This document shows positions 7,892-16,944 of a stretch of DNA of 56,311 nucleotides, in pieces. The stretch covers positions 1 to 56,311 of IMG/VR virus record IMGVR_UViG_3300013763_000001; one strand, given 5' to 3'. Made by a program: the position numbers and the translations under genes. Under the pieces are notes generated by a model. It had not been told where the DNA came from. It saw only the letters and a list, made by a program, of their open reading frames with translations, and did no database searches. Position 1 is the stretch's first letter; every line of letters starts with the position of its first letter. This DNA comes from a virus. Lineage: Duplodnaviria > Caudoviricetes.

Positions 7892-8548
7892 CCTGTTCAG
7901 TGTACCTGTCTCTCCTGCGGCGCGTCATTCCCAGTGTTCCCGCATGAAATTCGCCGTGGTCGTGGGCAGTACTGTTCCCGCTCGTGCAAGGCCGAAGGGC
8001 AACGTGGCCCGCGTACCGACCTGATTGAGCGCTTCTGGGCAAAGGTAGATACGTCCGGCGGCCCGGATGCGTGCTGGCCCTGGACAGCTTCACGCCATAG
8101 TTACGGGTACGGTCAAATTGGGCTGCCTGGTGGGGGAATCGTTCGTGCTCACCGTTTGGCCTGGGAAATTGCGAACGGCCCGATACCTGAAGGCAAAGGC
8201 ATCCTCCACTCTTGCGACAACCCACCTTGCTGCAATGCACGCCATTTGCGTCCGGGCACAGACTTGGACAATGCCGCTGACGCCAAAGCGCATGGAAGGC
8301 CACGTGGACGCCGCCGACTGTTGCAAAGAAAGCCGAAAGCACCGCCGAAGATTCCTAATCGGAGCGGTACTCACAACGGACGCGCGAAACTCTCGGAAGC
8401 AGCAGTTCACGACATCATTGCCCACTGCCCCCGCCGAAATGCCGCATACGCCGCCTTTGGGGCAAAATATGGCGTCTCGTTGACCGCAGTCGCATTTGTG
8501 GTGCGCGAGCAGACATGGAAGCATATCCCGCGCACTACAGAAACCTAG
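7889..8548 (+). CDS. free-standing HNH homing endonuclease (antisense insert 1)
   Basis: N-terminal CxxC...YCSRSC finger; RFWAKVD...CWPWT...YGYG...AHRLAW...HSCDNPPCCNARHL...DN; C-terminal 'AKL' HTH-like tail. Confidence 0.92.
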   Translation: MPVQCTCLSCGASFPVFPHEIRRGRGQYCSRSCKAEGQRGPRTDLIERFWAKVDTSGGPDACWPWTASRHSYGYGQIGLPGGGIVRAHRLAWEIANGPIPEGKGILHSCDNPPCCNARHLRPGTDLDNAADAKAHGRPRGRRRLLQRKPKAPPKIPNRSGTHNGRAKLSEAAVHDIIAHCPRRNAAYAAFGAKYGVSLTAVAFVVREQTWKHIPRTTET

Positions 8549-9276
8549 GCAAAAGTGTACTTCACCGAAACATCATTGGCGTAAGTACCCGTACTTTGGT
8601 TCGGGCCGGTGAACAGAGCGATCATAATATTTATGTTATCGGCTGTGGTTGCGGCTGGGGTAGCAGGGAACTGTAACCAGTCGTTATCTCCCTGTAAACC
8701 TTGGAAATTGGTTGCCCAGTTGGCTCCGGCAGTCGGCGTCACGGCGCCGGTCGTACCGTCCGTCACCACCGGTGCATTGGTCGGAGCAGCGGCAGGAGCG
8801 CCGGCAGTGACCACACGGCCGAACATATTGGCCTTGAGGTAGGAGCGTGCGGTAGCGCCGGTGTCGGTGGTGTTCCCACCCAGCAGCGAGTTATCGCCGC
8901 GCGTGACGGCAGCGTGCGCGTTGGTCGGGTAGGCGGTGAGAATGGGTGCGCTAGCGAAGCTGCCGACGGCATCGTAGTTGATGCGCGCCTGGAGGTAACT
9001 CGCGTTGGTGAACGCGGCCGGGGTCGTACTCGTGGTGCCGAGCACACCCAGCGAGGTCGTGTCTGCGCTGAACACGTAGAGGTAGGGCACCGCAGCGGTT
9101 GCGGCCGGCCGTGTCATGTACGGCCAGGATGCTGAGGCGGTGGCACCGGCGGTGTTGACATCCAGGAAGCGCAACTCCTGGCCGGTGCCAGCACCCCAGG
9201 CAGGGACGTTACTCCAAACGGGCGTCGCCTGGGTGCCGGTGTTGGCTTGGATCTGGAGCGTCGAAAAATCGGCCAA
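8545..9276 (-). CDS. putative virion structural protein
   Basis: A/T/G-rich 243 aa ORF with GAAAGG RBS; last ~55 codons unusually A/T-ending. Confidence 0.7.
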   Translation of the reverse strand: MADFSTLQIQANTGTQATPVWSNVPAWGAGTGQELRFLDVNTAGATASASWPYMTRPAATAAVPYLYVFSADTTSLGVLGTTSTTPAAFTNASYLQARINYDAVGSFASAPILTAYPTNAHAAVTRGDNSLLGGNTTDTGATARSYLKANMFGRVVTAGAPAAAPTNAPVVTDGTTGAVTPTAGANWATNFQGLQGDNDWLQFPATPAATTADNINIMIALFTGPNQSTGTYANDVSVKYTFA

Positions 9277-9310
9277 TGGGGTGCCTTTCCGCTATGGTGC
9301 AAGGGGTCAG

Positions 9311-9390
9311 CGCGCGGCTCGAGCGAGCCGCGCGAAACGAGCGAAGGGACGCCGCCTGGTCAGTGCCGAAGGCGACGTGCCAGGTGGTAG
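9311..9390 (-). other. structured intergenic RNA candidate
   Basis: 10-bp perfect stem CGCGCGGCTC/GAGCCGCGCG (9311-9334); second stem with a cUUCGg loop on the minus strand. Confidence 0.45.
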
Positions 9391-9393
9391 CGA

Positions 9394-9903
9394 CTACGGA
9401 AGTTTTCCAGCCGCCGCTTCACCGCCGCTCACCGGGGTGATGTCGATGATCCGGGCGTCGGGGGCGGCAGGCGTGGGGGCGATTTGCAGTGTGACGACGT
9501 GCTGGGTGGGGGGTGCTGGCTGAATGACAACCGGGGCAGGCTTGACGTTGGTGCTGTCGTCTCGGATGGTTTGCGCCATCGCGATTGGCACCGGGAGGCC
9601 GCTCACGGTGCCAGGTGGCGTGGCACTGCCGGTCAACAGGTGATAAATTCCTATTGCACTGGCGCCGGACAACGCACCGGAGCCGACCAACAAGAGCCAA
9701 GAATTGCCGGTGGCCGGCCACGGTCCCCCAATGAGCGTATCGACCGCCATCAACGCCACACCGAGCAAGAGCGCGAGCGCACGAACGAGCGTGTCATGGT
9801 TGGGGGCAGTCGGCTGGACCCACACCTCCAACAGTGGTTTGAATAGAGTTTGGATGAGTACCGCCACGAGTGCGGCGACGGTGCCATCGACGACAAAGTT
9901 CAT
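9394..9903 (-). CDS. holin-like membrane protein
   Basis: Three hydrophobic segments ending GALSGASAIGIY, then a Pro-rich tail; lies downstream of the endolysin. Confidence 0.7.
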   Translation of the reverse strand: MNFVVDGTVAALVAVLIQTLFKPLLEVWVQPTAPNHDTLVRALALLLGVALMAVDTLIGGPWPATGNSWLLLVGSGALSGASAIGIYHLLTGSATPPGTVSGLPVPIAMAQTIRDDSTNVKPAPVVIQPAPPTQHVVTLQIAPTPAAPDARIIDITPVSGGEAAAGKLP

Positions 9904-10526
9904 TGCGCGGGTACTCCTTCTGCTACCTGGGGGACGGCGGCCTGCATGACCGCTGCTTGTGCTTCCGGCGTGCTGGCCGGGGTTGGGATGGCGATGGGAG
10001 GATGAGTAGGTACTGGCTGGAGTTCCGGCTTACAGTGATTGTGTTCCCAGTCCCAGTTGAATTTGTCCAGAGCCTGCTGTACCTCGCCGGGATCATTGGT
10101 GTAGATGAAGATATTGTCCTGGAGTTGTGCGCTGTCGCTCAGGTTATAGCTTCCTGTGGCAAGTGCCGACGTGTCGGACAGCGCCCCGTCAGCGCCGTCG
10201 ATGATCGTGTTCTTAAGGTGGTCTAACTGACCATGTTCGCTACTGCCAATCTTGACCTGGATGCGACCGTTGACAGCGCCAGCATCAACCAGGATTTGAA
10301 CAGCGTGCTTGTCTGCGGGACCGCCGTATTGGCGAACGTCGTTGAACACTCGAACCAGGACGCCTCGATTCGCCGCCGTCACGATATTCGTGACGAACAC
10401 GAGATCGGTCAGGCCGAACATCTCACAATCGAGACTGTGCTGAGCCGTCAGAGGCAGCGCATCAACGACGCTCTTTACGTCGTCACCGGGTGAGTAAAGT
10501 GTGTGCCTGAAGCGGATGACGCTCAC
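9900..10526 (-). CDS. phospholipase D-family (single HKD, Nuc-like) protein
   Basis: AANRGVLVRV.ND; HLKNTIID (HxKxxxxD); TGSYNLS...DN. Confidence 0.85.
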   Translation of the reverse strand: MSVIRFRHTLYSPGDDVKSVVDALPLTAQHSLDCEMFGLTDLVFVTNIVTAANRGVLVRVFNDVRQYGGPADKHAVQILVDAGAVNGRIQVKIGSSEHGQLDHLKNTIIDGADGALSDTSALATGSYNLSDSAQLQDNIFIYTNDPGEVQQALDKFNWDWEHNHCKPELQPVPTHPPIAIPTPASTPEAQAAVMQAAVPQVAEGVPAQ

Positions 10527-10918
10527 TTGATTATCCTAGCGAGTTGTGCCACTTCCGTCACGACATCCTCACCCCTTCCGACGCGCCGCGTGATGCACAT
10601 TTTCTTGGTCGCAGCAAACAACAGTACGAACTCTGTAGAGACGATGGCCGTTAGGTTGCCGTGTGCTGCGCTGAATTCGGCCACGAGATCACCCTGATAC
10701 GTACTATCCAGGTACGGCTCACCAGGCAGTACGGCGGCTGTCGTGGCAAAGAAGTCGGTCCCTGCCGCTGCAATTTCTCGCGTGAGGTAGCACCCGTCGG
10801 TCTCAGTGAGGTCAGGTGGCAAGATCGAGTCTCGGATACGGCGCTGTATAATCGGCAGCCAACTAACGGTCTCAGCCGGAGTCGCCGTCAGCGTTGCGCC
10901 CTGCGGTTGGTCAGTCAC
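10523..10918 (-). CDS. hypothetical protein
   Basis: ORF coupled on both sides within the operon. Confidence 0.55.
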   Translation of the reverse strand: MTDQPQGATLTATPAETVSWLPIIQRRIRDSILPPDLTETDGCYLTREIAAAGTDFFATTAAVLPGEPYLDSTYQGDLVAEFSAAHGNLTAIVSTEFVLLFAATKKMCITRRVGRGEDVVTEVAQLARIIK

Positions 10919-11046
10919 GGTCGCCGTCCGGCCAGTCCGACAATCTCACGGATTGCCCACACCACCAGGTAGATGAACAGAAGCAGTTCGTCGGCATGCA
11001 GGAGCCAGTTCCAATCGAGTGACATTGAGAGTCCCTTTCGTTGCGA

Positions 11047-11628
11047 CTATGCGATGCCGAGTAGTTGCTCCACCCGGCGTCGAGTGTTCGGTGCGAGCAC
11101 CTTCTTGTCCTTGCCTTTGAGATACCAGGCGCGGGCGTCCGACTTCCTGCCTTGAATCGCCCGGCCAGCGCCCCGCCAGTCCGCTACCATCTCCCGGATG
11201 TATCGCTCCGGCATCTCTAGCACCTTGGTCTCGCCGCTGTCCTCTTTCAGAATGTAGAATTGGTAGTGGTGTGGATTCCTGTGGATGTGCAGCAGCCAGG
11301 CCTTGTCGAAGTCCGCTTCCACCCGCTCTTTCGTCCACCGGAAAAAGACGCGCTCCGAGATGTGGTTGCGGATGTCGCCGTGGTAGTTGCTCTCCAGGAG
11401 CGCCCGCGTCAGGTAGCCGCCACGGCTGCCCTTGCCGTCCTTGCCACCGTAGAAGTTGCGGGCATAGGGAATGAATTCACTGGGTCGGAACTTGCTCAGG
11501 TCATGGACGATGCCAGCGAAGGGGATGCCGAGTCGACAACAGGCGATGAAGACGTACCACTTATGCCGAAAGACGTACCAGAGATATCGGAGATTCACGC
11601 CGTCCCCCATCCACAGCCGGCGAAGCAC
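11047..11628 (-). CDS. DUF5662-like HD-type protein
   Basis: HKWYV...HDLSKF.P.E...AWLLH..RNPHH...EMP..YI.EMVADW. Confidence 0.75.
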   Translation of the reverse strand: MLRRLWMGDGVNLRYLWYVFRHKWYVFIACCRLGIPFAGIVHDLSKFRPSEFIPYARNFYGGKDGKGSRGGYLTRALLESNYHGDIRNHISERVFFRWTKERVEADFDKAWLLHIHRNPHHYQFYILKEDSGETKVLEMPERYIREMVADWRGAGRAIQGRKSDARAWYLKGKDKKVLAPNTRRRVEQLLGIA

Positions 11629-11632
11629 CTAT

Positions 11633-13720
11633 TTACCAGCCACACTCCTTGAACACGGCATCACGGTCTTTGGCCTCAATCTGGTAGGTGATGCCATCGC
11701 CACCGTGCCATTCGAGGACTATGCCGTTATCAAGCGGTAGGCGAGCCAGATTGTTGATAGCCCATTCCGGTCGTATCGCCGGCGTCGGGTCCGTCAGCGC
11801 ATCCCGGCCGCTCTTGATCCAGCGGTCTACCATCCGCGCGTAGGCTTTGAACAGCGCGCCATCGGTGAGAGGCTGCACGCCCAGCGCGCTGAATCGCGCT
11901 ACGGCGGCCGCCTTCAACGTATCGTCCACGGTCACTACCTCCTTTGCTCGCTGTACAATCACCAGCCAGCCACCCAGGCTGTTGACGTTCACGTCTGCCG
12001 CGCTCCACAGGTCGTAAGCGCCGGTCCAGGGGTTGGCAAATGTGTAGAGCGGCGCTCGGGGCACCGCCGCCACGAAATGGCCGCCAGTCTTTGTTGCCAC
12101 GTCGCCGTAGCGCAGATAGGCCACCGGCCAGCCGGTAGCGAGCGCATCGGCAATGGCGCCGGCGGGATCCTGCGTCTGCACCTGCAAGCACGGTACGCCC
12201 CGACTGGCAAACCAGGCTTGCATCTGCATCGTTGTGGTGTAGCCCGTCCAGTCCGCATTGCCCGTCTCTTCCAGCTTGACTTGCCGGACGGTTTCATCCA
12301 CCGGCACGAGGCCGAGGTCGCGCGCGATCATGTCTGCCGTCGCGGGGCCGCAGTCGTTCGCGTCGTTATTGTCCGGCTGCGCGAGTTGATTGATGATCGG
12401 CCAGTCAGGCACGGTCCCCTCCTGCATCACCACGTCCTGAAACGCCTGCAACGGGAAGTTCGGCCCAGGGCAGACCCGGCCTACGTCAATCTGGTCATGG
12501 AGGATCAAGGCAAGCGTGCCGTGCCGCGTGACGATGTCCTTCACGAGCGCAAGGCTAGCCGCCAGTTGTGCCGGTGTGATTGGGCTGGTGTTGGTTACGT
12601 CGCGGACATGCTCAATACCAATCGTCCAGAGGTTCGGATTTGGGCCGCCGGCGTAGGCGCTGTTCGCCGTGACGACGCCAGCGTGCCAGGCGCTGTCTGC
12701 CTCCGAGACGGTTTGCGTCACCGTACCGTCGACGTCGACCACGTAATGCGCGCTGACCTGGCTGATCGTATTACTAAACCAGGAGACAGCGCCCGGTCCT
12801 GCCGTGCCGTGCAACACCAGCGCCTTGATTGTGTTGCCTTGCCGACCGGCCCAGAAGTTCGGTGACGGCACCCAGGTTGCCTTGCTATAGTCCGGCATCT
12901 TTACTCCTGCCTGCGCTCGCACATACGCCGCAAGGTCAGCGGCGATCGGCGTAATGTCAAACGCTGCCCAGTCCGGCGTCGGGTTGCTCGCAAAGACGCA
13001 CCGGCACAGGACCGCCGCGTCCGCCTGGTCGCCGGCGTCCAATGCCTGCAACGTCGTCAGGTAGTCGGCAGCGGCCCAGCCGCGCGCCTGCCAGCCACCC
13101 TGGCCGCTCGCCTCCGGCTGCACGTTATCAGCGCCGCTCTCCGTGATGACCACCTGGACGGCGATACCCTGCCGGGCCAGGTCAGCCACGATCAGTCGGT
13201 GCCGTTGCGCCGTATACGGCCACCAGGCCGGTACACGCGGATCTGTGCTGAGGATGCCGGTGTACTCGTCAAGCGCCAGGTCAATGCCGGTGAGACGTAG
13301 CAGCGGGTAGAGCGGTTCAAGTTCCGGGAAGTGTGGGTCATTACCAACTACGGTTATTTGGGTCGGGTTGCCCGTGGGCAGCGCCCCCACTAGGATCGTG
13401 CCGCCGTAGCCGCCGTTCCGCAGGCCGTAATACACTTCCGTCTGCCACACCGGATCAAGCGAGCGCCCGGACTCACAGCAGATTTGCAGGTGCGTGACGG
13501 CGCTGAGGTCGTGTGCGAGCAGGATGTTCGCCGCGTCCGTTGAACCGGCGGCATCGGTGGACGTGTCACGGAAGATGCGTACCGGGATGCCGGCCGACGC
13601 TGCAACGGCCAGGGGAGCGGTGCTATTCACGCTCTTCCAGGCGGACCACTGGCAGGACTGGATCAGCGCGGTATCGTCGCCGGGGCCGGGCAGGGATTGA
13701 CCACAGGACTTGGACGGCAT
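11633..13720 (-). CDS. multidomain endolysin: N-terminal hydrolase-like domain, Amidase_2, and C39-like peptidase
   Basis: Amidase: LVLHGT...SAHYVV...AWHAG...N..TIGIEH...H...CPG. Peptidase: NDCGPA...GHFV..NPW. Confidence 0.85.
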   Translation of the reverse strand: MPSKSCGQSLPGPGDDTALIQSCQWSAWKSVNSTAPLAVAASAGIPVRIFRDTSTDAAGSTDAANILLAHDLSAVTHLQICCESGRSLDPVWQTEVYYGLRNGGYGGTILVGALPTGNPTQITVVGNDPHFPELEPLYPLLRLTGIDLALDEYTGILSTDPRVPAWWPYTAQRHRLIVADLARQGIAVQVVITESGADNVQPEASGQGGWQARGWAAADYLTTLQALDAGDQADAAVLCRCVFASNPTPDWAAFDITPIAADLAAYVRAQAGVKMPDYSKATWVPSPNFWAGRQGNTIKALVLHGTAGPGAVSWFSNTISQVSAHYVVDVDGTVTQTVSEADSAWHAGVVTANSAYAGGPNPNLWTIGIEHVRDVTNTSPITPAQLAASLALVKDIVTRHGTLALILHDQIDVGRVCPGPNFPLQAFQDVVMQEGTVPDWPIINQLAQPDNNDANDCGPATADMIARDLGLVPVDETVRQVKLEETGNADWTGYTTTMQMQAWFASRGVPCLQVQTQDPAGAIADALATGWPVAYLRYGDVATKTGGHFVAAVPRAPLYTFANPWTGAYDLWSAADVNVNSLGGWLVIVQRAKEVVTVDDTLKAAAVARFSALGVQPLTDGALFKAYARMVDRWIKSGRDALTDPTPAIRPEWAINNLARLPLDNGIVLEWHGGDGITYQIEAKDRDAVFKECGW

Positions 13721-13920
13721 CAGGCTTGCCGCTCCGGTACGCCTTCAGCAACACAGAGTTCCCGATACTCCGTTAGCGACTCGTCATAATCCAGCAGCGC
13801 CGCGTCTTCTGTTGCGCCCCATCCGTACGTCAGGGTCACATCGTCACTGACGACGTAGCTTTCGTCATCATCCTGTTCTGTGGTCAATGGATAGGGGCGA
13901 AGAGGAGTCATCGGTCCCAC
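13720..13920 (-). CDS. HicB-like small protein
   Basis: EQDDDESYVV......YGWGATEDAAL.......Y......G..P matches the HicB N-domain pattern. Confidence 0.6.
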   Translation of the reverse strand: MGPMTPLRPYPLTTEQDDDESYVVSDDVTLTYGWGATEDAALLDYDESLTEYRELCVAEGVPERQA

Positions 13921-14029
13921 GGTCCCTTCGGGCGATGCCGGTCCATCACCGCAATCGCCAGCACGGTCAGGCAGATAATGAGCACGCAGAGGACGGCGGC
14001 GATGGCGAGCGAGTAGACGGCGGGAGTGC

Positions 14030-14308
14030 TCACTCCTTCACCCGCGCATCACCGGAAGGCATCGTAGGGCGGATATTCCATTCTGCCATTCGCCCTCTTT
14101 TGTACTGTTCCCGCGCAAACTCCAGCCGCCGGCAGTTGGCCCCCAGACATTCCCGGTTTCGCAGCCCAGCCGCCCGAGCGCCATATCGCAAGCGCAACAG
14201 GCGGGGGATGCTGTGCATGCCTGGGAAGCACAGCATCGTCACCGTGCGACGTTCACCATCGGTGAGCAGTTTCACCAGTTCGGCAAGCTCCGGCATCACC
14301 CGTCCCAC
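14030..14308 (-). CDS. hypothetical protein
   Basis: ORF in the minus-strand operon. Confidence 0.4.
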   Translation of the reverse strand: MGRVMPELAELVKLLTDGERRTVTMLCFPGMHSIPRLLRLRYGARAAGLRNRECLGANCRRLEFAREQYKRGRMAEWNIRPTMPSGDARVKE

Positions 14309-14511
14309 CTCTCAACGTTGAGCACCGTCAGGTAGTCAGGAATAGTCGCCATCGGCGCTGCGTGGCTCCAGTAGTCGCCGCGCAGGAAGTAGTCCGGGAA
14401 GTAGTCCGGCAGGTCGTAGCGATATTTTGTCCAGGTCCCCCGCGACAGGCGGCGGTAGATGCGTAGGCATCCAAACAAGTTGTCTAGACCTTTCAACATA
14501 CACACTCCCAT
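14296..14511 (-). CDS. hypothetical protein
   Basis: ORF in the minus-strand operon; start could be ATG 14499. Confidence 0.5.
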   Translation of the reverse strand: MGVCMLKGLDNLFGCLRIYRRLSRGTWTKYRYDLPDYFPDYFLRGDYWSHAAPMATIPDYLTVLNVERWDG

Positions 14512-14542
14512 CCATAAGCAAGCGTAACCAGGGCAGAAGCGG

Positions 14543-14629
14543 TATAATAAATGGTCACTTAATGGTGGTGACGCCGCGAGCGTGCAAGGCTCCGGCGTCG
14601 TGGCTCAACGTAGCTTGGAGTACGTCATG
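14543..14629 (+). promoter_or_regulatory. HNH leader motif copy 2
   Basis: TATAAT 14543-14548; stem GACGCCG-C-GAGC-loop-GCTC-CGGCGTC 14570-14599; ACGTA-GCTTGGAG-TACGT-C-ATG 14627. Confidence 0.75.
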
Positions 14630-15301
14630 CAATCGCATTCTACCCTGCCACCACTCCCTCTGTACTGTCGATTCTGTGGAAGCACATTCCGGTATCATCG
14701 AGAGATATTCGCTAGCCTTATATATTGCTGCAGAGCATGCAAGGATTCTGATGCTCCGTATATGGCGCTCCGCCGATTTTGGCGTCACGTTGATCGGAGC
14801 AATCCCAATGGTTGCTGGATATGGAAAGGTGCGCTCAGAAGTAAAGGATACGGACACTGCACATTCGGCGACAGGACTATGGGTGCTCATAAAGTAGCGT
14901 ACCTAACGATGATTGGCCCTGTACCCAAGGGACTTTTCGTCATGCATACTTGCGACATTCCCCGCTGCTGCAATCCCGCACATCTTCGGCTGGGTACCTG
15001 TGCGGACAATAATGCAGACATGCGAGAAAAGAAACGTCACCGGTTCGGCGATCGTCACCCCATGCGTACCAATCCAGAATGTCGCGCTACAGGGGAAAGG
15101 AGCGGAATGCGTAAACATCCTGAGTTGGTACGGCGGGGCGAGGATGCAGCCGGAGCGAAATTGGAAGCTGCCGATATTGCTGTGATTAGATCACGATATG
15201 CCGCCGGAGAGATGCAAAAGGTACTCGCCGCACAGTTCAACATATCCTCAGCCCACGTCTCTGGAATCGTCAACCGCAAGTTCTGGAAACACCTACCATA
15301 G
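14627..15301 (+). CDS. free-standing HNH homing endonuclease (antisense insert 2)
   Basis: CRFCG...YCCRAC; RFWRHVD...CWIWKG...GYG...AHKVAY...HTCDIPRCCNPAHL.LGT..DN; lower GC than the flanks. Confidence 0.92.
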   Translation: MQSHSTLPPLPLYCRFCGSTFRYHREIFASLIYCCRACKDSDAPYMALRRFWRHVDRSNPNGCWIWKGALRSKGYGHCTFGDRTMGAHKVAYLTMIGPVPKGLFVMHTCDIPRCCNPAHLRLGTCADNNADMREKKRHRFGDRHPMRTNPECRATGERSGMRKHPELVRRGEDAAGAKLEAADIAVIRSRYAAGEMQKVLAAQFNISSAHVSGIVNRKFWKHLP

Positions 15302-15421
15302 AAGTTGGCACCCGCATGCCGCACAGAGATGCACATTGACCCTGCGCGGCGACATCACGGTCCAGTACGTATTGCTCATTTCCCGGCGGCAGCAGGAGCA
15401 GCGTGCGGTGTAGCCGGTCAC
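15293..15421 (-). CDS. small CxxC-CxxC zinc-binding peptide (42 aa)
   Basis: Hand-translated: GTG overlapping the upstream TGA; MTGYTARCSCCRREMSNTYWTVMSPRRVNVHLCAACGCQLLW. Confidence 0.5.
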   Translation of the reverse strand: MTGYTARCSCCRREMSNTYWTVMSPRRVNVHLCAACGCQLLW

Positions 15422-15963
15422 TGCACGTCCAGCCTTGCCAGCGCCGGTATCGGGATGCCGTGACGGTTCAGTTCACGCCGAAGTACGATGTTTGCGGCAT
15501 CAAGGTTATCGACGCGCGCTTTCAGTACATCGTGGCGTGTCGTCACATTCGCAAGTTGATCTCTCAGGCTGTCATTTTCCACGTGCAGCGCCGTGTTTGC
15601 ACGCCGCAACGTATCCAGGTCGGTGCTGAGGTGGTTCAGTTCCTCACGCAGCACGCGCTGATCCGCCGTCAAGGCAGTCACTTCAGTTCGCAGGTTGCTG
15701 ACAATCCATTGCCAGTCGGCACTGATCTGGGCGCGGTCGACTTCGCTCGCGTCAATCTTTGCTGTTGCCGTCGCCTCGTCCAGCAGTCGCTTCCGCTCAA
15801 TGGCGTCGGTTTGCGCCTTCTTGCGAGCGGTGTACGCTGCCAGTCGGGGCCCGGCGATGATCGTCCCCACCACGGTGATAATCGCTGCAATCACCGGGTA
15901 GGCCGTGCCGATATTTTCCATACGGAGCCTACTTCCCGACAGGCGGCGCAACAACAACATCAT
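15418..15963 (-). CDS. membrane-anchored coiled-coil protein (lysis-associated?)
   Basis: One TM segment (VIAAIITVVGTIIAG) then long heptad repeats; start at 15963 or 15921. Confidence 0.7.
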   Translation of the reverse strand: MMLLLRRLSGSRLRMENIGTAYPVIAAIITVVGTIIAGPRLAAYTARKKAQTDAIERKRLLDEATATAKIDASEVDRAQISADWQWIVSNLRTEVTALTADQRVLREELNHLSTDLDTLRRANTALHVENDSLRDQLANVTTRHDVLKARVDNLDAANIVLRRELNRHGIPIPALARLDVQ

Positions 15964-16372
15964 TTGCGCCCTCACGGGCCAGGAGCCAGATCGCAGCGGC
16001 AAAGCAGCACAGGGACTGCGCCCATAACACGATGATGGCCGGCGCGACAATCGCCGTCGCCGCGCCGATGTACACCCACCAGGCGACTGCTACCGCGCGC
16101 GCGCTGTGATGCACCCAGGGGCGGCCGCTCATCCAGCCGAGCGGCGTCACCAGCATGGCAAATGTTGCCGGCCATATCCAGACGCCTTTGTACGTCAGCA
16201 CGATATCGACACTGGTGTGCGCGTACATGCCGTCCGGGGTAAATGCCAGGAACACCACCCAGCAGAGGACGAAGGCATAGACGAGCGCGTCCACCGGGCC
16301 GGTGTTGGCGCGCAGGAGCACACGGAGCGCACGGCTGAGGACAGCGCGCAAGAGCGTTCGTGGTTTGATCAC
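15929..16372 (-). CDS. multi-pass membrane protein
   Basis: About four hydrophobic segments; AGGAGG RBS. Confidence 0.7.
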   Translation of the reverse strand: MIKPRTLLRAVLSRALRVLLRANTGPVDALVYAFVLCWVVFLAFTPDGMYAHTSVDIVLTYKGVWIWPATFAMLVTPLGWMSGRPWVHHSARAVAVAWWVYIGAATAIVAPAIIVLWAQSLCCFAAAIWLLAREGANDVVVAPPVGK

Positions 16373-16614
16373 GTTGTACCTCCTGTCACGACGGTGCTTC
16401 CCGCCGGCAACGTCACCAGCGTCGTCCCGGCGTCACCGACGACTGCGACAGCGACCGATGGCTCCGGCGGTGTGGTGGCGTGCACGGCGAACATCTCGTG
16501 CGTCGCGTCCAGTTGGATCGCGGCATGCGTCGGCGCCGTGGCGCTGCCTTCGGCCGCATCAATTGCGCGGTCGAGGAGCGAGCTGGTAGGTTGGAAAAGA
16601 AGCAATGTGAGCAT
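16369..16614 (-). CDS. hypothetical protein
   Basis: Coupled ORF (TGATG). Confidence 0.45.
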   Translation of the reverse strand: MLTLLLFQPTSSLLDRAIDAAEGSATAPTHAAIQLDATHEMFAVHATTPPEPSVAVAVVGDAGTTLVTLPAGSTVVTGGTT

Positions 16615-16934
16615 CAGAGGGTGATAACATCCGTCCCTGAAGGCAACACGATAATGTCGCCGGTGGTCAGCCCCTCAGCGGCAGCGATGCTTTGCAAAAT
16701 AGCCTGCTGAATCGCCAGCGCGCTGGTGGTGTTCGGCTCCGTCACCGTGACGCTACCTGTCCCCTGTTGGAAGGGTGGCGCGGTCGGGGCGTCGGAGAAG
16801 CTCGGCAGCGTCCCATGCATCGTCACCCAGCAGACGCGGTAACTCGCCGTCTGCACGATGTTGGAGCCGACGAACGATGGGGATGGAACGGCGGTGATGC
16901 GACAACCATTTATCGGACCAACGCTACGTGGCAT
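16614..16934 (-). CDS. hypothetical protein (possible tail-fibre chaperone)
   Basis: GGAG RBS; follows the fibre-like gene. Confidence 0.6.
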   Translation of the reverse strand: MPRSVGPINGCRITAVPSPSFVGSNIVQTASYRVCWVTMHGTLPSFSDAPTAPPFQQGTGSVTVTEPNTTSALAIQQAILQSIAAAEGLTTGDIIVLPSGTDVITL

Positions 16935-16944
16935 TGCTTACTCC

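Noticed and set aside
14500-14545. Orphan gene tail beside insert 2
   Set aside because: No frame gives a convincing match to the CQLLW* end of the 15293..15421 peptide; ambiguous.
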